From Phyllosticta citribraziliensis (taxonomy: Eukaryota), in the NCBI RefSeq assembly GCF_038025025.1, contig NW_027117343.1, forward strand, positions 434,001 through 498,000: a stretch of 64,000 nucleotides of DNA. Direction: 5' to 3'. Positions 11,616-23,198 of the stretch are shown in pieces; within the stretch, counting starts at the first letter, position 1, and every line of letters starts with the position of its first letter. A program made the position numbers and the translations under genes. The notes under the pieces were generated by a model that ran no database searches, was not told where the DNA came from, and saw only the letters and a list, made by a program, of their open reading frames with translations.

Positions 11616-12929
11616 TTACAAGCAATTTGGTAACCCACCGCCGAGACTCAGCCTCAAATCAGACACGACCTGGGACAACTTGATATTCGGGACCCCCCTT
11701 CCAAGCACCCAAGCCAGGATGTTGTGCATCCTTTCATAGTTCGCACAAATTGTGGATAAGTATTCCAACGACTTATCTTCAGGAGCTAAGAACCAGTACC
11801 CCCGGCAGCGTATCAGGAGCTCAGACAGTAGGCGGGTCGCTTCCAAGTGGGAATCTGCCAGGGATTCCCAATCACAGCGCGAGACATCCGCGTTGTGGGC
11901 GGCGCCATAAGTAGCTCGGCGGAAAACGTTGATCATCCCTTCGGTTTTCAACATCAATGGGTAAAGGTCGCTTGGTGAAAGACGCTCAGCACGCTCGTCT
12001 TCAACCCATACTTCGAGTTTTTTGAGTAAGCGGCTTGTCTTCTTGATGTACTCTTCCATGGTACACCAATCCTTGACCGTGGAATGGAGCGCCTCAGTCC
12101 GGTCTTCGACTTTGTCCTGCAGTTCGTCAGCTCTACTGTCCACTAAGGTTTCATTGTCAAGACAACTTACCAAAGGTTGATTTGGGGCTGTGGGAAGCGC
12201 AAAGGTTTCATCATCGTCAGTCGATCCATCAGCAGACTGGCTGTCCGAGTCTGTCTGATCGGCTGTGGTGGCATCGCTTTGCCAACTGTATGGCCGTTTG
12301 CCATTTGCATCAACGTGATCCTCGTCCTCATCACTGATATCTGGGGCAGGGCGCTTGTGGTGAAGCTCGACTGCTCCTTGGCCGTCGTCGTGAGGAGCAC
12401 GCCAACAGCGTGAGCGGCCACAAACTTCTTGTTCTGTTTTCCTTATCACGAGCTCGAACGTGTCTGTAATATTCGGACCCCAGCCCGGCTGACGCTTGTG
12501 ATTGTAGAGGTAGTTGAAAAAAGCCTTGGCCAATGGGCGCGAACAGAATTCGTGGACTTCGTCGTTCAGTTTGCGAGCATTCGCCTGGGGGCATGAGTCG
12601 AGGTCTGCCCAGCGTTCGCGGAGCCGCCGGGCAAAAAAGACCCGATCGCGATCGTAAAAGTTGCGGAAGTACATGATCTTCCGTACTTCCTTCTCGTTCG
12701 TGAATTGTCTGTTCTTCCCCATGTCACACAGCCGATTAAGTCGGTGTGCCTCAGTTAGCAGAATGCTGAGGGTGTCATCGTCATAGTTGGGCAACCCGTC
12801 GGCGTTGAACTCTGGGAACGCGTCGGCGTTGAACTCTGGGAACGCGTCCGCGTCGAAAGTCGGGGTCTCCAGCTGGAGCTTGAGGGCATGAAGAGGGCTG
12901 CGGAAAAGAATGGACAATTGAGGCGCCAT
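11616..12929 (-). CDS. Unknown protein, paralog B of the tandem family (about 437 aa, intronless)
   Basis: Long open frame with ATG at 12929 and TATAAA at about 13043-13048. Shared motif DGLPNYDDDTLSILLTEAHRL...FRNFYDRD...RERWADLDSC, then an acidic linker and a helical C-terminal region. Confidence 0.8.
   Translation of the reverse strand: MAPQLSILFRSPLHALKLQLETPTFDADAFPEFNADAFPEFNADGLPNYDDDTLSILLTEAHRLNRLCDMGKNRQFTNEKEVRKIMYFRNFYDRDRVFFARRLRERWADLDSCPQANARKLNDEVHEFCSRPLAKAFFNYLYNHKRQPGWGPNITDTFELVIRKTEQEVCGRSRCWRAPHDDGQGAVELHHKRPAPDISDEDEDHVDANGKRPYSWQSDATTADQTDSDSQSADGSTDDDETFALPTAPNQPLVSCLDNETLVDSRADELQDKVEDRTEALHSTVKDWCTMEEYIKKTSRLLKKLEVWVEDERAERLSPSDLYPLMLKTEGMINVFRRATYGAAHNADVSRCDWESLADSHLEATRLLSELLIRCRGYWFLAPEDKSLEYLSTICANYERMHNILAWVLGRGVPNIKLSQVVSDLRLSLGGGLPNCL
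12797..12857. repeat. Perfect 24-bp coding tandem duplication (AFPEFNAD x2 plus a partial copy)
   Basis: cgtcggcgttgaactctgggaacg at 12797-12820 and 12821-12844, with a partial third copy to 12857. Confidence 0.95.
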
Positions 12930-13962
12930 GCTTGCTGTTTGATCAGTGAAGATGAAACATGGGCTCGATTGACTGTGAGATAGGTATAAGAGTGGAGACA
13001 CGGACAGGTCGAGAAGCGCGGGGAGATGGGGGAGAGCTGCTTTTTATATTCATGCCAAGCTGCTGTCCGGGGAGACGCGCCGACGCGTTTTGTCAACTGA
13101 GGAAATTCCCACCATTGCTACAAAGTTTAATTCACTGAAAGCGGATGCGGGCGGCTTCTCTCTCCACGATGATTGGACTAAGCCCCAGTGCTCGAACAGT
13201 CATCCGAAGCTTAAGCCCAGTCCAGCGTTTAGTCGGGTGTGTGAGGGGACTGGGAGTAGATCGCCCTGGACACGCAGTTAGCGGTGGGCTTGGTGTGGCG
13301 CGCAGTCTTACCAGCAAGAAAGATGATTATGAGTTCACTGATAAGCTCGTCCATGTAATTGTGGGTGTGGATTGGAGCGCGTTGGGGAGAGGTGATTTCA
13401 TTGGCATTAACAGCGGCGACCGCAGTAACGACAGGCGACTTTTCAATCACAGTTTGAGTTGCTTCTAGACCCATCCACTTTTATCCCCCAAGACCAGATA
13501 TCTATGCTTTGACTGTCCAACCCGCAATCCTCCGGATCCTCCGCAGCGTGTTCTATTCGCTTGGACATCGAACATCGAACCCCATCAAACGGTCAGTTGA
13601 CATAGGACATTCTGAAACGCAATGGAGTGCGACACGAGTCTCTGATCATATTGATTATACAGTGTAATAAGAAGTCGCTATTTGCAATGCGCGGTAGGAT
13701 ACTTGCATTTCCGGAAGATTCTATGAAGATAGGGGTCCCCACGACGCGCGCGCCCAAACACGCGTTAAACGCGTGGATAAACACTACACACGCACGAAGT
13801 GCTGCGGTCTCCATAGATTGTACTGCATTGCATTGAGCAATGCCGCAGTTTTCGCGACCACTTGATTTACAGACCACCTTGAACAGATAGGAGCGTTTTA
13901 CAAAGCCCTTTAAGTCCTGACCTACCGACTGCAGACCTACCCATTCCCCGAGCCTCCACTCC

Positions 13963-14577
13963 TCAAACAGGCGCAAACATCCGCAACTTTTGCTGCGTCT
14001 TATCCAATGCATGCTGCAAATTATTCAAGTCCTCAACTAACGCATCATACTCTCGTCGGGGGATCTTGACAACCTCCTCCTCATCACCACTGCTCCCCGT
14101 CACTTCAGGACGAGCTCCCCTATCATTATTGACCTGCCAGCTACGCCCGCACCTCCTTCGCTGCGTATCCGAATACTCCGACACCAAAAAGTACGACTCA
14201 TCCGCACAAATAGCGCGATAAAAGTCCCTCGTGCCCTCACGAAACGCAGCAATCTGCACGCTCAACTCAGCACCGGCGGGGCGGCACGAGTGCAAGTCGT
14301 GCCAGCGATCGCGCACCCTCTTGTTGTAGAAGGACAGGTCGGCGTCGTAGAAGCTGATGAAGAAGCGGATGTGCGTCCGGTCGCTCACGTCGCCCGCGTA
14401 CCCCTTGTTCTGCGGCATTTCTTTGAGGATCTGGAGGCGGTATGCTTCGGTGAGCAGGTCGGCGAGGCAGTCGTCGGTGTATTTGGGGATGCCGTCGGCG
14501 TCTAGGGGCGGGGGAGTGATGTAGCGCCCGTAGAGAACGGGGTCGAGGTCGAGAATGGAGACATGTTTAGTGGCCAT
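13963..14577 (-). CDS. Unknown protein, paralog C of the tandem family (about 204 aa, C-terminal coiled-coil-like segment)
   Basis: ATG at 14577. Shared motif DGIPKYTDDCLADLLTEAYRL...FISFYDAD...RDRWHDLHSC; heptad-like tail YDALVEDLNNLQHALDKTQQKL. Confidence 0.78.
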   Translation of the reverse strand: MATKHVSILDLDPVLYGRYITPPPLDADGIPKYTDDCLADLLTEAYRLQILKEMPQNKGYAGDVSDRTHIRFFISFYDADLSFYNKRVRDRWHDLHSCRPAGAELSVQIAAFREGTRDFYRAICADESYFLVSEYSDTQRRRCGRSWQVNNDRGARPEVTGSSGDEEEVVKIPRREYDALVEDLNNLQHALDKTQQKLRMFAPV

Positions 14578-17500
14578 CTCCCCGAAGGATGGAGGAAGAG
14601 TCGTCGAAGCTGTCAAGTGAACAAGCGAGGTGGGGTTGATTTAGTCCATGGCTTCAAGCTACTTGATTCGTTGCGCCAAGCTGCGTCATTGACCAAACAG
14701 ACGTTTGCGGAGAAATCCGACCTTATCGCACTTCGCAGGCGATGATAAAGCCGCAACATGACCGCATATATGCACCTCTAGCTTTAGGATCACAGTTGTA
14801 GAGTGTACATCGACACTCAAAGCTGCAGCGTGTCCGTCAAACCGCTTCTCGCAACACTCGACGTTGCGGAAAATTACCCAATCCGGTTAGACCCGCGCGC
14901 AGCGCGATGTTGACAGCACAAACAACTTTGCCTGCCGCGCTGTACCAAACGAAAGGATCTATCGTCTGCCCATGTCACATATTAGTCTAGAACCTGGCAA
15001 TCCAGACGTCCAGGCCAGTTTGCCTATCACAGCCACAGACTCCCCCACCTGCAATAAAGCAGCGGCGAAGAAAGTGGAGCATGACAGACCCGCCACGCTG
15101 GCTGATGAAAACCGGGCCAGCAAGACGAAGACGAAGCGAAGGGAGGGCGTTCTTCGAGGGACCCGTTGCTTCGGTTTCGGATTTACACACGCAAACAGGC
15201 GTTCGGAGAGCGGCTGCGCAGACGGACGGATTGGCCCAGTCGACGGGAGGTGTGGGTGGGCACCGCTGCGGCACGGAGCGGCGCGGCGCGGTACGGTGCG
15301 AGGCGAAAACGAGGCGAAGGATTGGGCATGGCGGGTAGCGTATTTTCCAACATCCAAGCCTTGAAACCAGAAGACGAGTGCTGCGAGAATAGAAGGAAAA
15401 GAACGGAGGGCTGCAGGACAGGGCGGCAGAGATGTCTCGCTCCAGCCGATGCAAGCAAGTGGTAGGGATGACGTTGAGCTAATGCAGGAACCGGAACGGC
15501 ATCAAAAGATCGACCGGGCGTGGGAGGGCAGCGAACGTCACTCATAGCTCAGCTCCCGGCCCGGTCCTCTCTCTCTTTCTCTCCCCCATCTGCCTTGCCC
15601 TTCCAACTTCGTTCTGCCACGAGGCATGGCGCCTCGACCAGCCGTCCCGCGGAGACGTCAAACACACGTCCGCCACGCTGCTAGCCCTCAGACTATCGAA
15701 AGAGAAGAGCCGGCAATAGCAGCCACACGCGCGGAAAGCAGAGCTCGTCCGCCAAACATCGTTGCAGAATCGATACCAAGTGCGCGGTTTTTGGATGCAT
15801 GCTTCTCCTTGCCCGTCAGTCACATTGTCCATCCGTCTGTCGCAATTACAACAGCCTCGATCCGAGCCTCGCTTACCACTGCGCCTCGTGGGCAGCAGGG
15901 CAACGTTGATGTGCAACGCGGCGTAGAGAGTGGGTAGGGTTTGATTGGCTGCCCTTGTATAGATTCGTTTGTTGCCCGACTAACCATGGCCGCGGCCGAG
16001 GCTGTCGGTGGTGTGTGCGCAGGAGGTGCACGAGCCCCCACAGAGGTAGGGGATGGTGGGGAGGGGTGGTGTACAGCACTTGGGAATATTCGCGAGCAAG
16101 CCCAAACCGGGCGGTTGGAAGGAACGGGCAGGTGTTCAAAAGGGTCGTCTAAAGTTGCCGCGTCCGTGTTCTATGGAGCTTTGATTGAATGAGTGATTGA
16201 CAGGCGTCGATCAAGGCCACAGCAGCGTATGTCCCATGTCCAAAATGTAGTGGAGAGCGTGCACGGCAGTCGTAAACAACAGCAATAAGAGAAAGCAAGA
16301 TGCCAATCGCCTGGGACCAGGGCGCATGGGGAGGGGGAGCCGAGATGCTCATCGTCAAACCGCGTCTATTCCTGCTCCAAGATTTGCAGATGATAAGCTC
16401 GGACCAGCTCTTCCATGGGCACGGTTATTAATGCTGGAGAGATGCGTGGTCAGGCCAGACCAGCTTGCTGGGCGAGTGCGTGGGTTTTTTTAGCTTCCAC
16501 ATCCATGGCCTTGGTTGCACCACGCGCTCGCGCGCGCGTCGCTCCTCTCTCCCGGGATGTTGGGACTCGGTTGGAGAACATGCTGGGGTAGCACAGCGTG
16601 CTGGGTTGCATGATTGAAAGACATTGTCGCCTCAACGCGAAATTCTAGACACAACTCCCGTCCTCAAGTTCCGGTCAAGGCATGCCGTGTAGTAATCCCT
16701 GCAATTGGCCTTGGGTTGGAGGGCAAGACTTGGAGAGCACAGTAGCCGCGCAATGAGCCAAGAGTAGCCTGGGGAAGCCTGCGGCTGAAGATGCTGTTTT
16801 TGGTGAAGCGTCTGGATCATCACACCATGGCAACGCTTGAGAGGTGGTCTGATTGTAATATGGATTTTGATCTTGTGGAACCCAAGGCGTGCAGTTTTTC
16901 TTCTTGCTCGACTACAGCGCTGCCCCATCAAAAATCCAGCAGAATCCGGGTGCCGGTACCTGCCGTACAAATCAAACGTGGTCCAAAAGAAGTGAAGCAT
17001 CAAGGCAGCCGGAGCAATACCCTTCCGAGATTCAGCCGGTAGCGACGCCAGTGGTAAAACGACAAGGAGCATTCAAGAGGACGCCCAAGACGAGTAATTA
17101 CAATCTGACTCGCTCTCGTATTGGCTCGAGTAGCTGCTCCGAGACAGGTAATCTGGACCAGGATGTGGGCTGCGACGGCGGGGATCCTCCCACAAAGATT
17201 CCATGAGGCTCACTGTCAGCAGCGCTTGGACAAATACCCAGCCTTTAGATCTGCGGCCAAAAACCTAAGCGTGATGAGAGTTCAAGAGACACAAGCTTAA
17301 TAGAAATTACCATTTGCCTCAAAGGCAAAACCCACCCCAAAAGATACAGTACAAGATTTTGGCGGTGAAAATCGGAAACAGCCCTTTCGTGGTTCCTGCA
17401 ATAGCCGTGAGCTGCTCATTCTATGTCGTGTCTATCCAAAGTATTTGTCGGGGGAAAGGTAACCCCGGAACCAAGTTGCTGCGCCCAAGTTTTGGCCGGC

Positions 17501-17585
17501 GACGCGTAAAAAAAGAAAACTGGCATACAAGTCGGACGTGATGTGCACATTAAAAGACAAGAAAATGGATCTGGCAACCGGTGCT

Positions 17586-18485
17586 TTACAAAATTGTGCA
17601 TCTGTGATCGCGGCGATTTCGCCTTTTGCCGGGACCTGTGGATCCGCGCCGTGCTTCTAGTTGCTTGCGGCTGGCAGCCATGCTGGCATCGTGTGCTCGA
17701 CTGCGTTCCATGTCTTTGCGTATTATTTGCCGGCAAAGATCAATAAATACTTCGTCGACATTGGCTCGCCGTCTTGCCGAGGTCTCGTAGTACGGACAGT
17801 TTCCCCACGCTTGGCTGACGGCAAACGCGCGCGACCGCGTCACGGCGCGGTCCTCTTCGAGATCCGACTTGTTGCCGACGAGTACTATGGGAACGCGTTC
17901 GTCGTCTTTTATTCGAATGATTTGGTCGCGTAGTTCGGCGAGTTCGTGAAGGGACGTCATGGAGGTGATGCTAAAGACCAATAGAAACCCTTGGCCAGTC
18001 TTCATGTACAATTCTCTTTTGGTGAATCAGCGGCATTGCGCGCAGCGATCGGCGGCGTCGACATGATAGTTACCTCATGGCAGCTACCCCAGATTAGCGA
18101 ATCATGACGCAAGGGTGAGAGGGAAAATCTTACTGAATTGCTCGGTCCCTGCAGTATCGAGGATTTCAAGAACCACGGACCGACCCTGTGCGCGACAGCG
18201 TCAGATTTGCCCACGAAGACAAGCCAAGATACGTACATCGACATCAATCGCCTTGCGATACGAGTCTTCTATGGTTGGGTCGTAGGATTCTATCCAGACA
18301 TTCTGAACGAATTGTGCTGACCGAGAGTGAGCAAGTCGATTCGCCAGAAGCCGCAAGCGAGCGTACCTGTCAGACAGCTCTTTCCAACGCCACCTTGAAG
18401 CCAACGTCAGCACAGGCAAATGGCCATCGACGCACGGTTCCGTACCAGATCCCAAGACAACAATGTGGTATTCTCGTTGTGACAT
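17586..18485 (-). CDS. RSR1: Ras-related GTPase Rsr1/Bud1 (Rap1 homologue; 6 exons)
   Basis: Spliced GSGGVGKS, effector YDPTIEDSY, DTAGTEQFTAMRELY, NKSD, ETSA and CAAX box CTIL. Includes a 10-nt microexon at 18074-18083. Confidence 0.96.
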
Positions 18486-19621
18486 GCCTCTGCGCGGGGG
18501 GTTCGAGGAGAGAGGGACGGAGGAGACGGTCTCGGGCGTATTGCAATCTTAGGCGCTTCAATGGCTCGAGATAGGCGGCGCGCCGAGTGATGGCGCGAGA
18601 GAACACGCCACGCGACGGAAGCCGAGGCGCGTTTTCGGCAGACGGGAACCTAAAGGTGTTTCGACACAGCCTCGCGCCGGCGGGAGGAGGAGCAGGTTAA
18701 GGACGAGGCGCGGTGACGGGCACAAGGGTGGCGCGGGTGGGAGCTGTCTGGATGCGGAGTAGGGGACGACGCAAGCAGAACCAGGGATCACTAGAAGCTG
18801 TTAGCCGTGGCGGACGGTGGGCGAGGGTGTTGCAGGGGACAAACCAAAGGATGGCGGAGTGACGGACGGGAGGGTGGATGGGAATGGGGATGGAGGTGGA
18901 AGTGGAGGTGGATGATGTGCAAAGGGACGGGAGGCATGGTTAAAAGGCAAGTCAAGCAGACCAAGTTTGGGCGCTGGCGGACCAGTCGAGATAATTTCGC
19001 GGGACCTGGACCTGAGCTTGACAGCTGCCGGTACAGGTAGGGGCGTGATAGGCGACGGGCAATGTAACACGGACTGGACCACGACAGGAGGAATTGTCCT
19101 GAGAGAGAGCCGTGAAGGTCGTCGATCCGCCGCGATCCACCCGCCGCGTCCAAGGCGACGTCCAAGTGTCAGTGGAGTGCAAGTGTCCAACGCCCCGGAT
19201 CAGCCCTGGCACCTGGCCCAGTGCTGCGTCCCACTACCACTACCGTACACTGCCTACAGCGACGACGGGACCTTATGCAACAGCGCAGGACAACGCCATG
19301 GTCGGTCCCTGTTGCCAGCAAACCGCCATTTGGGCCTCGTGTGCCGGCCAACGGCTCGTCTCTCGAGTCTCCAACAGGTCCAATGCATAGACGTCGACTT
19401 CCTGCAATCACTCGACGCTACGGCCGCATCGAGTCGTGCGTGCCAGTGTTGTTTCGCATATCTCATCAACAGGTCGGTGGTATTCGCCTGGATGCCTTGG
19501 TGCCTTGGTGCCTTGATGCCTGTGTCTTGGCGTCTGCGATTCTGCCAGTCCTCACCGCCCTGAGCTCCGCGTCGCCTCCATGGCCGCCCGTCTGCCATCA
19601 CACGAACTCCACCAGTGAACC

Positions 19622-22506
19622 ATGCTGCTCCCCTCGCTGCTGGCATTGACGGCCACGCTGGTCCCCTCTGCCCTCGCCGTCTTCGCCGATGATGCATACC
19701 ACGTCGACTACCACTACGCCCTGCTAGGCGCCCCGCAGCAGCACGCCACCTTCTTCCACCAGCCGCGCGCCGATTCCAAAGCTTCGCTGCTCTACACCAT
19801 CTCGGACAAGCTCATCCTCGGCGCCGTCAATCCTCGCGATGGAGCTCTCGTATGGCGCCAAAATCTTTCCACGAGTGCCACTGGTCCTGCGGGCTTTCTG
19901 AGGGCCGGAGAGGAGCAGGACACGGTAGTCAGCGCACTGGGCGGTCGCGTCGCTGCCTGGGATGCCGCAGACGGCCGTTTGGCCTGGAGCGTCGACTTCA
20001 AAGATGCTCACGTCAAAGACCTCGAGGTCCTGGAGCTTCCCGATGCCGCCAATGCCGCCAAAGACTCCATCGTTCTATGTGGCGGCAGCAAATCAACCGT
20101 CAAGAGGTTGGACGGCCAAACGGGAGCTGTAAAGTGGGAGTTTGAGGACACGAGGTAAACAATCTGCATCTCCACGAGAGCGCCACTGACGGCCACGCAG
20201 CGGCGACACTCCGTATCAAGTCTCAACCTCGGCGACAGCCATCTACTCCGTTTCTCTGTCTTCCTCAATGCTAGGCGGCTTGAAGATTAAAGTCACATCA
20301 ATCGACCCCCTTACCGGCAAAAAGCTTGACCAGTACACTCTTGCTTCGGACAGTGACATTTCTTCCGTAGAAAACATCCTCTTTGTCGGCGCCAATACTG
20401 CCTCGCCGCTTCTGGCGTGGACGGACAAGGCGTTCAAGACGCTCAAGGTTAATGTCATTGGATCCAAGAGCACCGCCTCGTTTGCCATTGAAAACCCAAC
20501 TGCCGAAGAAATTGAGCAGGTGGTCTTGCATGCACCGCACCGCATCAATTCCTTCCCGCACTTCCTCGTCCACTACCAAACTGCCCAAAGCCACTGGGCC
20601 GAAGTTTACCATGCCGACGTCAAGACTGGTGCGATAACCAAGGCCTACAGCCTGCCCAAGCTTGGCGGAAGCGGAGCATTTTCCACAAGCACTGTCGACG
20701 CCAATGTCTACTTTACGAGAATCACATCTGACCAAGTCATTGTCGTTGCCTCAACATCCCATGGAATTCTCGGTCGCTGGCCTGCCAAGCGCGCCGAGCA
20801 AGCTCCTCTCAACCCACTACACGCCGTGTCCGAGGTCGCCGTGCGAGACAACACTGCCTCTGCTGTGCGATCAGCCGTCTTTCTTGCCGACGGAAACTGG
20901 GACATGCTTCGCAACGGAGATCCCGCATGGTCTCGTCCAGAGGCTCTCGCTGGAGCAATCGACGCCGTTTGGGTCGAATTACCACCTGAGGAGTCTCTTG
21001 CTCACGAGCTGGAAATTGAGACTCACCAGTCTGTGCTGGGAGCCTACATTCATCGACTCAAAAGACACATTAAGGATCTTGAGCACCTCCCCGGCTACCT
21101 CCAGAGTCTTCCCAATCGCCTGTTCAGCTCCGACGAAACTGTCGACGCCCTGAACAAGTTGCGCAGGGATAGCTTTGGCTTCAACAAGCCTGTCGTTGTC
21201 GTCACCGAAACTGGACGCTTTGTCGCCCTCAGCGCCGGGACCATCATCTGGAACCAAGATGCCTTGAAGCTGCCCACCGGCAAAAAGATTGAACAAGTCG
21301 ATGTCAAGTTCGTCAACGGCACGATTGCTGCCATCTTCCCTCAGATCGACCGTCAAGTCCTTCTCAATGCCACCACTGGAGAGCTGGTTGAAACCAACGA
21401 CAAGTCCATCTTTGAGGCTGTCCAGATAGGCCCGAAGGACGTTTCGTACAAGGTCGTCGGGAGCGAGCTCAAGGGGTATTTGGCTGGAAAAGAGGAAGCC
21501 TGGAAGTTCTCTCCAATTCGTGGGGAGCGCGTTGTTAGCGTCACTCCTCGACCTTTGCCTGATCCCGTGGCGTCGATTGGCAAGGTCCTTGGAGACCGGA
21601 GTGTGCTTTACAAGTACTTGAACCCCAACCTGGTATTTGTGACAGCGGTCAACGATGTGGCGGGCACCCTTTCCGTCTATCTCATCGATTCCGTCTCTGG
21701 GGCTGTCCTTTATGAAGCCTCCCACGACGACGTGGACACTGCGCAGCCCATCCCCGCGGTGCTTTCCGAGAATTGGGCAACTTACTCCTTCTCCCTTCGT
21801 ACAGATTCCAGTGCTGCTTCCAAGGGCCACCTCCTGGTTGTCGCTGAATTCTTCGAGTCTACCCTCCCCAATGACCGCGGTCCATTTGGATCTTCATCCA
21901 ACTACTCGAGTGTCCGGCCCTCTTCTGGCGCGCTCGGAGAGTCGGCCAAACCCAAGGTGCTCAGCCAGACGTATCATATCCCTGAGCCCATCTCCCACGT
22001 GGCCGTCACCCAGACGACCCAGGGCATCACGTCCAAGTGGCTGCTGGTAACGCTCCCCGAATCCAACTCGGTGGTGGGCGTCCCGCGCCAGTTCCTGGAC
22101 CCTCGACGCCCGGTTGGCCGTGATCCTACGGCAGACGAGCAGACCGAGGGCCTCATGCGCTACACTCCGGCGATTGAGTTTGACCCGCGTCAGTACTTGA
22201 ACCACAAGCGGGAAGTGCTGGGCGTCAAAAAGGTAGTCACCAGCCCGGCGTTTGTCGAGAGCACGAGCTTGGTGCTGGCCTTGGGCCTAGACGTGTTTGG
22301 CACCCGTGTGGCGCCTAGCTCTGCGTTTGATGTTCTGGGAAAGGAGTTCAACAAGGTGCAGCTGGTGCTGACGGTGGGGGCTTTGGCTGCGGCCGTTGCG
22401 TTTGTGGCGCCTTTGGTAAGTTGAGCCTATCTTTGCGTGCTGGTCGATGCTAACTTTTGCACAGGTTCGCAGGAAACAGATCAACGCGCAGTGGCAGGCT
22501 TTGTGA
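19622..22506 (+). CDS. EMC1: ER membrane protein complex subunit 1
   Basis: Signal peptide then AVFADDAYHVDYH, PQQ-like propeller repeats, VLGDRSVLYKYLNPN, ESTSLV and a C-terminal TM helix. Introns at 20155-20200 and about 22416-22464; the last exon encodes VRRKQINAQWQAL*. Confidence 0.95.
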
Positions 22507-23198
22507 TTGTGATTGAAGAGCATACAGGTAAAAATGAGGTTTACGAGACACGGCTATTTGGATGGCGTCTGCAGAGACGTATGAGAAATACCACGCATGA
22601 AAGAGTCGTCCCAATTGGAATTCCTGTTTTACCAATGTCGACATGAGCTTGTGCAGCTGCCGTGAGTCGTCGACATAGATGGATGACCAATCGGCAGGCC
22701 AAGTCGGATCCCCTGTTCCCGGCCCTCCGGGTGGCATCCGAGCAGCTCATCCCTGCGGCCCTCAAATCGCACCCGAAAACGAGCTCCACTGACATTGTAG
22801 CAACAAGCGGGACGGCAGTGGTGGAGGCCGCCCCGCAGCGCATGGTGATTCATTACTAAGTCCGCAGCAGGAAGGCGGTTGCCGCTCTGGCGCAGAGTCG
22901 GCGGCGGGCTCGCTGGCCATGAGTTGTTGCTGCAAGGATTTGCGCGCAGTAAGTCCGCAAAGCCCGACTGTAGCTGTACCGTCTTGGATGGTTGCGTGTT
23001 GACAAACGTCCAGGTGGTGCGTCTAACTATGGCCAAGGCTGATGGAGGAGGTATAAAGCCACGTCTCAGCGCGCATTGGGTTGGGCAAGTCAGCTTTCAA
23101 GTTTCAGCCTCGTTGCGAATCAAACCTCGTTGTTGAAGAGATCAGACATTTCTTGTTCAACGACATCACTTGCGGCCACCGCCCCCACCACCACCACC

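Noticed and set aside
14700..17500. Many short overlapping ORFs in a ~2.8-kb gap
   Set aside because: No coherent exon chain or recognisable motif was found; a small or non-coding gene cannot be excluded.
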